Shown here one piece after another: positions 37,165 to 48,256 of a DNA stretch of 64,000 bases. The notes beneath the pieces are model-generated. The model saw nothing but the letters and a program-made list of their open reading frames with translations. It searched no databases and had not been told where the DNA came from. The translations under genes were made by a program, and so were the position numbers. The stretch is from Macrostomum lignano (Eukaryota). The DNA lies in assembly GCA_002269645.1 (NCBI GenBank), contig NIVC01001700.1, positions 77,923-141,922 on the forward strand, in the 5' to 3' direction. The stretch's first letter is position 1, and every line of letters starts with the position of its first letter.

Positions 37165-38140
37165 TTCTCAGGCTGAGCAGCCAGCCTCCCAGATCCTCAT
37201 ACTGAGCAGCCAGCCTCCCAGAACCTCAGGCTGAGCAGTCACCCTCCCAGAACCTCAGGCTGAGCAGCCAGCCTCCCAGACCCTCAGGCTGTGCAGCCAG
37301 CCTCCCAGACCCTCAGGCTGATCAGCCAGCCTCCCAGATCCTCAGGCTGAGCAGTCACCCTCCCAGATCCTCAGGCTGAGCAGTCACCCTCCCAGAACCT
37401 CAGGCTGAGCAGCCAGCCTCCCAGACCCTCAGGCTGTGCAGCCAGCCTCCCAGACCCTCAGGCTGATCAGCCAGCCTCCCAGATCCTCAGGCTGAGCAGT
37501 CACCCTCCCAGAACCTCAGGCTGAGCAGCCAGCCTCCCAGACCCTCAGGCTGTGCAGCCAGCCTCCCAGACCCTCAGGCTGATCAGCCAGCCTCCCAGAT
37601 CCTCAGGCTGAGCAGTCACCCTCCCAGATCCTCAGGCTGAGCAGTCACCCTCCCAGAACCTCAGGCTGAGCAGCCAGCCTCCCAGACCCTCAGGCTGTGC
37701 AGCCAGCCTCCCAGACCCTCAGGCTGATCAGCCAGCCTCCCAGATCCTCAGGCTGAGCAGTCACCCTCCCAGATCCTCAGGCTGAGCAGTCACCCTCCCA
37801 GATCCTCAGGCTGAGCAGCCAGCCTCCCAGACCCTCAGGCTGTGCAGCCAGCCTCCCAGACCCTCAGGCTGATCAGCCAGCCTCCCAGATCCTCAGGCTG
37901 AGCAGTCACCCTCCCAGATCCTCAGGCTGAGCAGTCACCCTCCCAGAACCTCAGGCTGAGCAGCCAGCCTCCCAGACCCTCAGGCTGTGCAGCCAGCCTC
38001 CCAGACCGTCAGGCTGATCAGCCAGCCTCCCAGACCCTCAGGTTGAGCAGTCACCCACCCAGGCCCCCAGGTTGAGCAGTCACCCACCCAGGCCTCCAGG
38101 TTGAGCAGTCATTCTCGCAGATTCTTAGGTTGAGCAGTCA
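37165..38140. repeat. Minisatellite, 29-bp unit CAGGCTGAGCAGCCAGCCTCCCAGA(T/C)CCT with 4-5-mer higher-order pattern
   Basis: Period 29. Variants GAGCAGCCAG, GTGCAGCCAG, GATCAGCCAG and GAGCAGTCAC recur in a fixed order. Confidence 0.93.
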
Positions 38141-38802
38141 ACCCTCCCCATACTATCCTATATACTAAAAATGAGTTGTCTGTATCTATCTAGCTATGCG
38201 ATAGATTTCAGAAAAAACGGCTCAACCGATTTTCTTCAAACTTGCACCATTCGATCAGAAATTTTCCTGGGACGGTACATGCATCTTGGCTAAGAAATTG
38301 CTCAATGTTAAAGGGATTAAATATTCGAAAAACATGCTTTTTTGCAAGGGTCAAGCCAAATTTTCGACTTGAAATGCATTGTAAGAATGCTAGAGAAAAA
38401 ATTGACTGACTGAATTTCAATTCTGATAAGGATTGCATCACAACAAATTGAAAAGTGCCGAAGAAATGCACACACAACTTGATTGAAATTGCGTAACAAT
38501 ATTGCTAACTTAAATTGACACTGATACTGGCTGACTGAGAAATTGATTATGTCATAACTTTTTACTCTAACCGACTTGCTGTAAGAATTGAATTAAAAGG
38601 GCCACAATTCATGTTCTCCAATTGACAAGAGATAGCATAGATGCGAACAGACTGGACTGCTAATGCAGCGACCTGGGTTCGAATCTAAGTAGTGCAAAAA
38701 GATTTTTTTATTAAAACACCTTAAAAACACAAAATGCTAAACACAAAAAAGCAAAATGTCAAACATTAAAGAGCCACCATGTCTAACATTAAAGAGCCAT
38801 TA

Positions 38803-39099
38803 CATACATGCGCAACCTCCAAAATTCGGTCAGCCGTGCGACTTAGTTTTAACAAAAATGTGACGTAGTTTTTGGCCAAAAATGCGACTTACATGTAAAA
38901 AACCCTAAAGCAAAATTAACGCAACTTTGGGTAAACGGCAGGAGTAACTATAACAGTATTATTAAGCCAAAATGCTTCGTCAGCTACTTAGTACTACTAC
39001 TTTGGTATTTTTTTGGGTGGACATTTTTGCGACTTCCTTGGTTGGCCGCCAAATCGGTCGGCCGGATTGGCCGACTCGGCCGACTGTTGCGCATGTATG
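38803..39099. mobile_element. MITE (hAT or P superfamily), 297 bp, 14-bp perfect TIR, 8-bp TSD
   Basis: TIRs CATACATGCGCAAC and GTTGCGCATGTATG. Flanks are AGCCATTA at 38795-38802 and at 39100-39107. Confidence 0.92.
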
Positions 39100-39889
39100 A
39101 GCCATTATGTCGAACATTAAAGAGCCACCATGTCAAACATTAAAGAGCCACCATGTCTAACATTAACGAGTCACCATGTCAAGTATATTCGTGACTCCAT
39201 GTCAAACATAAAAGAGCCACCATGAAAAACATTAAAGAGCCACCACGTCAAACATTAAAGAGCCACCGTGTCAAACATAAAAGAGCCACCATGTCAAACA
39301 TTAAAGAGCCACAATGTCAAACATTAAAGAGCCACCATGTCGAACATTAAAGAGCCATCATGTCTAACATTAAAGAGCCACAATGTCAAACATTAAAGAG
39401 CCACCATGTCAGACATTAAAAAAACCCCGATTCAAACATAAAAGAGCTACCATGTAGAACATAAAAGAGCCAAAAGAGCCACAAACATAAAAGAGCCACC
39501 ATCTCAAACATATATGTGACTCCATGTCAAACATAAAAGAGCCATCATGATAAACATTAAAGAGCCACCATGTCAAACATAAAAGAGACACCATTTCGAA
39601 AATTAAAGAGCCACCATGTCAAACATAAAAGAGCCACCATGTCAAACATTGAAGAGCCACCATGTCAAACATTAAAGAGACACCATGTCAGACATTAAAA
39701 AAACCTCGATTCAAACATAAAAGAGCCACCATGTAGAACATAAAAGAGCCACCATGTCAAACATTAAAGAGCCACCATGTCAAACATAAAAGATACACAA
39801 TTTCAAACTTAAAAGTAAGCGTCATGCCAATTTTAAAGGAGCCACTATAGAGCTTAGGAAATTGTTGTACTAGCTACTTATTGTCTGGT

Positions 39890-40086
39890 GGATGCTTACT
39901 ATTTGGGGATGCTTGCTATCTGGGGGATGCTTGCTATCTGGGAGGGGGATGCTTCCTATCTGGGGGATGCTTGCTATCTGGGAGGGGGAATGCTTCCTAC
40001 CTGGGGGATGCTTGCTATCTGGGAGGGGGGATGATTCCTATTTGGGGGATGCTTGCTATCTGGGGGATGCTTGCTATCTGGGGGGA
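39890..40086. repeat. G-rich minisatellite, ~19-22-bp unit GATGCTTGCTATCTGGGGG; a second, shorter copy at 42418-42490
   Basis: Direct reading. Confidence 0.85.
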
Positions 40087-42973
40087 TATTAAAGAGCCAC
40101 TATGTCGAACATTAAAGAGCCATCATTACATTAAGGTGCCACCAGGTCAAACATTAAAGAGCCACCATGTCTAACATTAAAGAACCACCATGTCGAACAT
40201 TAAAGAGCCACCATGTCAAACATAAAACAGCCAACATTTCGAAAATTAAAGAGCCACCATGTCAAAAATTAAAGAGCCACCATGTCGAACATTAAAGAGC
40301 CACCATGTCAAAGATAAAAGAGCCACCATGTCAAACATTGAAGAGACCCCCTGTCAAACATTAAAGAGCCACCATGTCGAACATAAAGAGGCACCATGTA
40401 AAACATATACGTAACTCCATGTCAAACATTGAAGCGACACCATGTCGAACATAAAAGAGCCACCATGTCAAACATTAAAGAGCAACCATGTCAAACATTA
40501 AAGAGCAACCATGTCAAACATAAAAGAGCCAACATTTCGAAAATTAAAGAGCCACCATGTCAAACATTAAAGAGCCACCATGTCGAACATTAGAGAGCCA
40601 CCATGTCAAACATAAAACAGACACCATTAAGAACATTAAAGAGCCACCATGTAGAACATAAAACAGCCACCATTTCGAAAATTAAAGAGCCACTATGTCA
40701 AACATTAAAGAGCCACCATGTCAAACATTAAAGAGCCACCATGTCAAACATAAAACAGCCACCATTTCGAAAATTAAAGAGCCACTATTTCAAACATTAA
40801 AGAGCCACCTTGTCAAAAATTAAAGAGCCACCATGTCGAACATTAAAGAGCCACCTTATCAAACATTAAAGAGCCACCATGTCGAACATAAAAGAGCCAC
40901 CATGTAGAACATAAAATAGTCACCATTTTAAACATGAAAGTGCCACCATGTAAAACATTAAAGAGCTACCATGTCAAACATTAAAGAGCCACCAGGTCAA
41001 GCATATACATGACTCCATGTCAAACATTGAAGAGCCACCATGTCGAACATAAAAGGGCCACCATGTCAAATATTAAAGAGCCACCATGTCAAACATTAAA
41101 GAGCCACCAGGTCAAACATGAAAGTGCCACCATGTCAAATATTAAAGAGCCACCATGTCAAACATTAAAGAGCCACCAGGTCAAACATGAAAGTGCCACC
41201 ATGTAAAACAATAAAGAGCCACCATGTCGAACATTTAAGAACCACCATGTCAAACATAAAATAGCCACCATGTGAAACATATGCATGACTCCATGTAAAA
41301 CATTAAAGAGCTACCATATCAGACATATACATGACTCCATGTCAAACATATACGTGACTCCATGTTAGACATTAAAGAGCCACCATGTCGAACATTAAAG
41401 AGCTAACATGTTAAAAAAACAAGAGCCACCATGTCAAACAAATACATGACTCCATGTCAAACATTGAAGAGACACCATGTCTAACATTAAAGAGCCACCA
41501 TGGCAAACATATACATGACTCCATGTCAAACATTAAAGAGACACCATGTCTAACATTAAAGAGCCACCATGTCGAACATTAAAGAGCCACCATGTCAAAC
41601 ATTAAAGAGCCACCATGTCTAACATTAAAGAGCCACCATGTCGAACATTAAAGAGCCACCATGTCAAACATAAAACAGCCAACATTTCGAAAATTAAAGA
41701 GCCACCATGTCAAACATAAAAGAGCCACCATGTCGAACATTAGAGAGCCACCATGTCAAACATAAAACAGACACCGTTAAGAACATTAAAGAGCCACCAT
41801 GTCGAACATTAAAGAGCCACCATGTAGAACATAAAACAACCACCATTTCGAAAATTAAAGAGCCACTATGTCAAACATTAAAGAGCCACCATGTCAAACA
41901 TTAAAGAGCCACCATGTCAAACATAAACATGACTCCATGTCAAACATTGAAGAGACACCATGTCTAACATTAAAGAGCCACCATGGCAAACATATACATG
42001 ACTCCATGTCAAACATTAAAGAGACACCATGTCAAACATTAAAGAGACACCATGTCAAACATTAAAGAGCCATAATGTCAAACATTAAAGAGCCACCATG
42101 TCGAACATTAAAGAGCCACCATGTCGAACATTAAAGAGCCACCATGTCAAACATAAAAGAGCCACCATGTAAAACATAAAAGAGCCACTATGTCAAACAA
42201 TAAAGAGACACCATGTCAGACATTAAGAAAACCCCGAATCAAACATAAGAGAGCCACCATGTAGAACATAAAAGAGCCACTATGTCAAACATTAAAGAGC
42301 CACCAAGTCAAACATAAAATTTACACAATTTCAAACGTAAAAGTAAGCGTCATGCAAATTTTAAAGGAGCAACTATAGAGCTAAGGAAATTGTAGCACTA
42401 GCTACTTATTTTATGGTGGATGCTTACTTTTTCGGGATGCTTGCTATCTGGGGGATGCTTGCAATCTGGGGGATGCTTGCTGTCTTGGGATGATTTCTTT
42501 TTGCATTACACTTTATTTGAGCAGTTTGTCTGTCGTCTTTGTGAAGGCTTTATTTGGCTGTCTTTTTGTTACTTGTAGAGAACAGAGATTCTATCCAGAT
42601 GTCCCCCAACGGGGGGCGAAGATTGCTAGTCAGCCCTAAAAATTCAGCTGATCTACATAAATTCGAAAATACAAATGCATACATACGCTCGTATTTAAAT
42701 TAAAACTCCACCAGCCAACTAGACTTTGACCATCCGACCACAGTAAGTAAAGTGTCCCAGTGGTGCAATAGATTTCTATGGTGCTATTAATAGTTTCTGC
42801 AACAGCAAGCCCGCTGCTCTGCTACCAAAGGATTCGAGCGTCGTTATCTTCATTATATTGGAATTTGATCTCTGCGGTGCCAAGAGTTCGCCAGAGCAGC
42901 TCATGTTTGCGCAGAGCGTATTTAAAATTGAAATTCTACACTAGCGAAAGTTCCACCTATTTACTTGTATAGA

Positions 42974-44489
42974 ATGGGGAAATTTGCTGTGCAACAATTT
43001 CTGCTTCTGGCCCTGCCGCTTCTACACCTGGCAGCGCCGCCGGCCTCCGCTGCTGCCATCGACGCGCTGCGTTCGGCGGCCGCAGCGGCGGGCCACTCGC
43101 TCGACGCCTGGTGCATGGCCTACAGCTGCCCCGGCCAGTCCTACGCCTGCGCTGTGAACTCCGACTGCCGCGCCTGTCTCACCTGCCTGCACAGCTGCGG
43201 CGGCTCCGGCGACACCTGCTCTGCCGCCTGCCTCTACCGCTGCCGGGCTGAGCAACTGCTCACCGACTTTCTCACCTGCGCCGTGACTGAGCACAACTGC
43301 GTCGAGTTGAGTCCGCCTGCGGTGGCGGACGGGGTGAAGGATCGGGATGAGGATCAGGACGAATGCCGGCCTGAGCAGCTGCAGGTCTAAACTTAAGCAT
43401 AAACAATTAGAGATTTTAAAGATTGTCTTGATCTCATTAGATGTCTTATTAGGTGTCTCATTTGACGTCTCATTAGGAGCCTCATTTGACGTCTCATTAG
43501 GTGCCTCATTTGACGTCTCATTAGGTGTCTTTGTAGGTTCCATATTAGGTGTCTCATTATGCATCTCATTAGGCATCCCATTAGGTGTCTCATTAGGTGT
43601 CTCATCATGCATCTCATTAGGCACCTCATTAGGTGTCTCACTAGGTGCCTCATTAGGTGTCTCATTAGTAGGCGTCTCATTAGGTGCCTCATTAAGTGTC
43701 TCGTTAGGTGTCTCATTAGGTGTCTCATTAGGCGTCTCATTAGGTCCTTATTAGTGTTTCAATAGGTGCCTCATTCGGTATCTCATCAGGTGTCTCATTA
43801 GGTGCTCATTAGTGTCTCTTTAGGCATTTCATTAGGCGTCTCATTGGGTGTCTCATTAGGTGTCTAGTTGTGTTACCCATTAGACGCTTCATTAGGCGCC
43901 TCATTAGGTGTCTCATTAGGCGTCTCGTTAGGTTGTCCCAATATGTTTGGTGCAATCTAACAGGTTAAATTTACTTTATTCATCATGCTCGCAGGCCTGG
44001 GGCCCGCCAGCCACTCTGGCCGAAGCCGATGGCTTGTGGCTGGCCGTCCGCGGCGGCCACCCGTTCCACGACTGTCATCCGTGCCGCGGCGAGCTGCTGG
44101 AGGCCGAGTCCGGCCAGACCACCGGCGGCTTCTTATTCGAAGGCTCGCCAGTGAAGCTGCAGCGCCGGGTGGTGGCGGCCTGGCCGGAGAACGGCACCCT
44201 GCTGCTGGGCCTCACCAAGGTCGGCCAGGCGGTGACGGAGGCCTGGCGGCTCAGCTGGCCGTCCGAGGAGGCCAGAGGCCAGCGCTTGATGCTGAGCTAC
44301 TGCGGCTCGGCCGCCGGCGCCTGGCGCTACCGCGGCCGGCTGGAACTGGGCCGCCGGGCCGCCGGCCTCGGTGCCGGCCAGCGGCTGTCTCCGAGCGGCG
44401 GCGGCTTCGCCTGCTCTGTCCGGCTGGAAGGCGACGACTGCCGGCAGCTGTGGGGGCGGCCGGCGGAGCACGACGCCGACGAGCTCTGA
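42974..44489 (+). CDS. Secreted violaxanthin de-epoxidase-like (VDE/VDL/VDR-type) Cys-rich lipocalin; exons 42974-43384 and 43995-44489 (~301 aa)
   Basis: Signal peptide MGKFAVQQFLLLALPLLHLAAPPASA. Cys domain WCMAYSCPGQSYACAVNSDCRACLTCLHSCGGSGDTCSAACLYRCRAEQLLTDFLTCAVTEHNCV has the VDE N-domain spacing. Lipocalin SCR1-like GLWLAVRGGHPFHDCHPC, then TEAWRL and LSYCG...WRYRG. The intron is phase 0; its donor CAG|GTCTAA is weak. Confidence 0.8.
43430..43930. repeat. Minisatellite, 12-bp unit ATTAGGTGTCTC (intron of the VDE-like gene)
   Basis: Direct reading. Confidence 0.92.
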
Positions 44490-44919
44490 TTGGGTGGACA
44501 AGCTGGGCCGATCGTGACATGTCGGTTTTGGCCGCGGATACTGTATTTTCGAATTCCTTTTAATAATCCAGCATAGTAACCAAGGGCTGAGACTTAGTCC
44601 GACAGTACAATCGAATAAATTTCAAGGTCTTTTATGCCTTCGTTTAGTAGCAGCAACTACTTGTATTAGCTTGTATCAGATGAACTTGCCAATCTATGCT
44701 ATTCATTGCGCTGCCAAGGTCGCCATGACTCTGGCATTCGTGCTGCGCCAATATCCCTTTCAATCAAATTTACTGCAAAGGATTGGAAACTTGGAGTAGC
44801 AATTCAGTCTTTTAATTAGATCGAATAATGAGCTTCAGTTTATGTGAGTGCGTGACCAGAATGACTGATGGCGTTGCTTTGGCGACTGCTCGGCTTTTGT
44901 GTCTTGTAAGGCATGTATA

Positions 44920-45358
44920 GTGAGTAAGAAAATGAGTAAGTGAGTAAGTAAGTGAGTAAGTGAGTAAGTAAGTGAGTAAGTAAGTAAGTGAGTAAGTAAG
45001 TGAGTAAGTAAGTAAGTGAGTAAGTAAGTGAGTAAGAAAGTAAGTAAGTAAGTGAGTAAGTAAGTGAGTAAGAAAGTAAGTAAGTGAGTAAGAAAGTGAG
45101 TAAGTGAGTAAGTGAGTAAGAAAGTAAGTAAGTGAGTAAGAAAATGAGTAAGTGAGTAAGTAAGTGAGTAAGCGAGTAAGTAAGTGAGTAAGTAAGTGAG
45201 TGAGTAAGTAAGTGAGTAAGAAAATGAGTAAGTGAGTAAGTAAGTAAGTGAGTAAGTAAGTGAGTAAGAAAATGAGTAAGTGAGTAAGTAAGTGAGTAAG
45301 TAAGTAAGTGAGTAAGAATATGAGTGAGTGAGTAAGTAATTCATTAGGTAAGCGAGTC

Positions 45359-45397
<39 letters not shown>

Positions 45398-45425
45398 GAG
45401 TAAGTAGGTGAGTAATTAAGTGAGT
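44920..45425. repeat. Compound microsatellite (TAAG/TGAG)n
   Basis: Direct reading. Confidence 0.95.
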
Positions 45426-47142
45426 AATTATATGTACCATCGACAAATGTGCTCAGTATTCGTGAATCCTCTACAATCCGAAATAAAAATACTGGCAATA
45501 TTTCTCTTCCTAGCTTTTTAAATTTCTTGTTTTATGGGCCATAAATCCTTTTTGGCTTTGGCGCAAACTCCCGGGAAGGCGATAAAAAATCCGAGTGTTG
45601 CGAATGCTGGCGCACTTGCGGACACGATTGCAGTTTTTAATTGGGACACCCTTGCGTGTCTGCATCTGGGCCCATGTCCCCGCTGTCAGGTCAGCTCTGC
45701 ACTGTAAAATCCTCAAAATTATGAGCCCGCGGCAGTACAGAGCAGCTCTGTCGGACTGACTCTATCCACCAAACATCTTTCGAGATGAGCATGCTTAAGC
45801 TGGGCATAATTCGTGGCTTAAGATTGTCGAAGCAGTTATATTGCTTCTGGGAACCGAGTTTATTTGTGCTTCAATATCTGATGCCCTCTTGTGTTCTTGT
45901 ATGTATTCTTGGATGTTTTGCTATGTTTATCATGTTCATTCATGTTTATGTCATATTCAACCCGTACCTTGACGCTGAACTTCCTCACGAAATCAATTTG
46001 GTTTCAGAAAATCGCTTCGGAAATTGGTACTGAATCGGTCAGGTGAATTTGTTTACTTACGAAGTAATTTCGACTTCTCATCTGCTGTTCTGGCAGCTGC
46101 AGAGGCCACTCCAGTCCCCTGAGAGAGCCAGCAGGCAGATTGGCCAGCACAGGTGTATTAATAAGATGCAGATTTGAAGGCCTGGACAGGCTTTGTCCCT
46201 CGCATGAGCACTGGCTGACTTGAGGAATTCCAGAGCATTCAATGTGTACTTTTTTGAGCACAGATGAGGCGTACAGATCAGTGATTTGCTCCAGCAAAGA
46301 GCGGATTGAAGCTTCCGTATCCGATCTTCTTCTCCTAGTAACCGAGGGGTTAACTCGCTTTGCTGCTACCGCGAGCCCCAGGGGCAGAATTCCACTGACT
46401 CGAGACAAGAGACCAGGGACATGCTAAAGTGCTGCCTCTCCATAGAGATCACTGAGAGTTCAATGCTCCAGAGTTTAGAGTTCACGATGTCTTCTCACTC
46501 GCTTCAACTCAGTTTACAAATCAGAGTCTACAAAAATACCTATTGGTGTCCATTAATATCGATAAATATTCATTCATATTTATTAATATCCTTGAATATC
46601 CCTGAATATTCATGCTGCAGAACTTTAGAATTTTTGCTTTAAAATTTACTCTAGTCTGCATGTACTTTTGCGCCTTTTGGAACAGCAAAAACGGTAGCCA
46701 GCTATGCATGCAATATTCTCCTGGGTATACAAGTGCGAGGGAAGCTGATAGCTACTGGTTAATCCCAGTTCTCATTCATCTGAGGTCCTTGACCGCACCC
46801 CGATCTGATCTGATGCCCTGGGGCCGAAAACTTTCAGTGAGCTCTTGGGCAAGCGGTCAATACCGCTGCTTCTGGCGAAATAAGAAAAAAAGTTTAAAAC
46901 GAAGCATTGAATTCGTGCAAAATAACGATGAGTTCCAATTCGAATCGGCCTTCAAAAATTGATTGGCTGAAGGCTCGATGATCGTTGCTATATTTAGAGG
47001 CGAAGAACGCGCGTGACCAAAAGTTTTTCTTAAACGTAACAAAAGCTGTTCATTCGAGATGGTTGAGCCAGCCAGACTAACATAAGCGATGCCATCCTTC
47101 CACTATCACTAAGGCTGAGGGAGGCCGATCCACGTGGGCAGC

Positions 47143-48093
47143 CAGGGGCGTCGCCATGGATTTTATGGTGGGGGGACAAAGCCAAGAATTCAACATGTAC
47201 ATGTACATGACTAAATTCCTAAATTTCCATTATTTTGAAAATCGTGTTTTGGGCGCCCCAGGCACTCATTTTAGCGCCCCAGGCACTCATTTTAGCGCCG
47301 CAGGCACTCATTTTAGCGCCGCAGGCACTCATTTTAGCGCCGAAAGCACTCATTTTGGCGCTGCAGGCACTCATTTTAGCGCCGCAAGCACTCATTTTGG
47401 CGCCGCAGGCACTCATTTTAGCGCGGCAGGCACTCATTTTAGCGCCGCAAGCACTCATTTTGGCGCCGCAGGCACTCATTTTAGCGCCGCAGGCACTCAT
47501 TTTAGCGCCGCAAGCACTCATTTTGGCGCCGCAGGCACTCATTTTAGCGCCGCAAGCACTCATTTTAGCGCCGCAAGCACTCATTTTGGCGCCGCAGGCA
47601 CTCATTTTAGCGCCGCAAGCACTCATTTTGGCGCTGCAGGCACTCATTTTGGCGCCGCAGGCACTCATTTTAGCGCCGCAGGCACTCCTTTTAGCGCCGC
47701 AGGCACTCCTTTTAGCGCCGCAGGCACTCCTTTTGGCACCGCAGGCACTCATTTTGGCGCTGCAGGCACTCATTTTGGCGCTGCAGGCACTCATTTTAGC
47801 GCCGCAGGCACTCATTTTGGCGCCGCAGGCACTCATTTTGGCGCCGCAGGCACTCATTTTAGCGCTACAGGCACTCATTTTGGCGCCGCAGGCACTCATT
47901 TTGGCGCCGCAGGCACTCATTTTGGCGCTGCAGGCACTCATTTTTGCGCCGCAGACACTTATTTTGGCGCCAAAGGCGCTATATTTTGGCGCCCTGAAGA
48001 AAAATTTTTGATTACTACAACAGGTCACAAGGTGGGGTTGGGGGGACAAAGCATTGGCATATCCCCCCCTGTCCCCCGGTGGCGAGGTGCCTG
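47143..48093. mobile_element. hAT-type non-autonomous element (951 bp) with 8-bp TSD and internal 21-bp minisatellite
   Basis: Left end CAGGGGCGTCGCCA, right end TGGCGAGGTGCCTG (11/14 inverted match). TSD TGGGCAGC at 47135-47142 and 48094-48101. The unit GCAGGCACTCATTTTAGCGCC fills about 47250-47990. Confidence 0.88.
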
Positions 48094-48256
48094 TGGGCAG
48101 CACTCTCGCAGATTGAGCGATTTCCACCAGAGCTGAGCCCAGATTTTGCTGCGGCATCGAGATGGCGTTTTATTTCGTTTTCGGCTTGAGCTACGAGTAT
48201 AAAAACAGTGAAGACATCGCTGTCCACTGAACAGCAGCTGGCCTCTGCCCTGGCCT

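Larger units (their letters stand above)
38745..42310. repeat. Diverged satellite, 23-bp unit GAGCCACCATGTCAAACATTAAA
   Basis: About 3.5 kb, interrupted by a MITE (38803-39099) and a G-rich block (about 39800-40086). Confidence 0.95.

Noticed and set aside
38157-38330. Helitron-like 5' terminus (TCCTATATACTAAAAATGAG...AACGGCTCAACCGATTTT)
   Set aside because: No matching 3' hairpin-CTRR end could be assigned.
38630-38696. tRNA-like sequence with GACTGCTAAT and GGTTCGAATC
   Set aside because: No complete cloverleaf; probably a degenerate SINE head.
42974-44489. Algal contaminant explanation for the VDE-like gene
   Set aside because: The gene has the same GC-rich codon style and minisatellite-filled intron as neighbouring animal genes and is contiguous with them. 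A misjoin cannot be fully excluded without reads.
44812-45498. Leu/Thr/Tyr-rich ORFs resembling membrane proteins
   Set aside because: Translation of the (TAAG/TGAG)n microsatellite.
46004-46408. 134-aa minus ORF as a downstream exon of the 7TM gene
   Set aside because: The 7TM ORF has its own stop at 48257, and this ORF has no recognisable domain.
47156-48157. 326, 312 and 258-aa ORFs
   Set aside because: Derived from the 21-bp array inside a TSD-flanked MITE.
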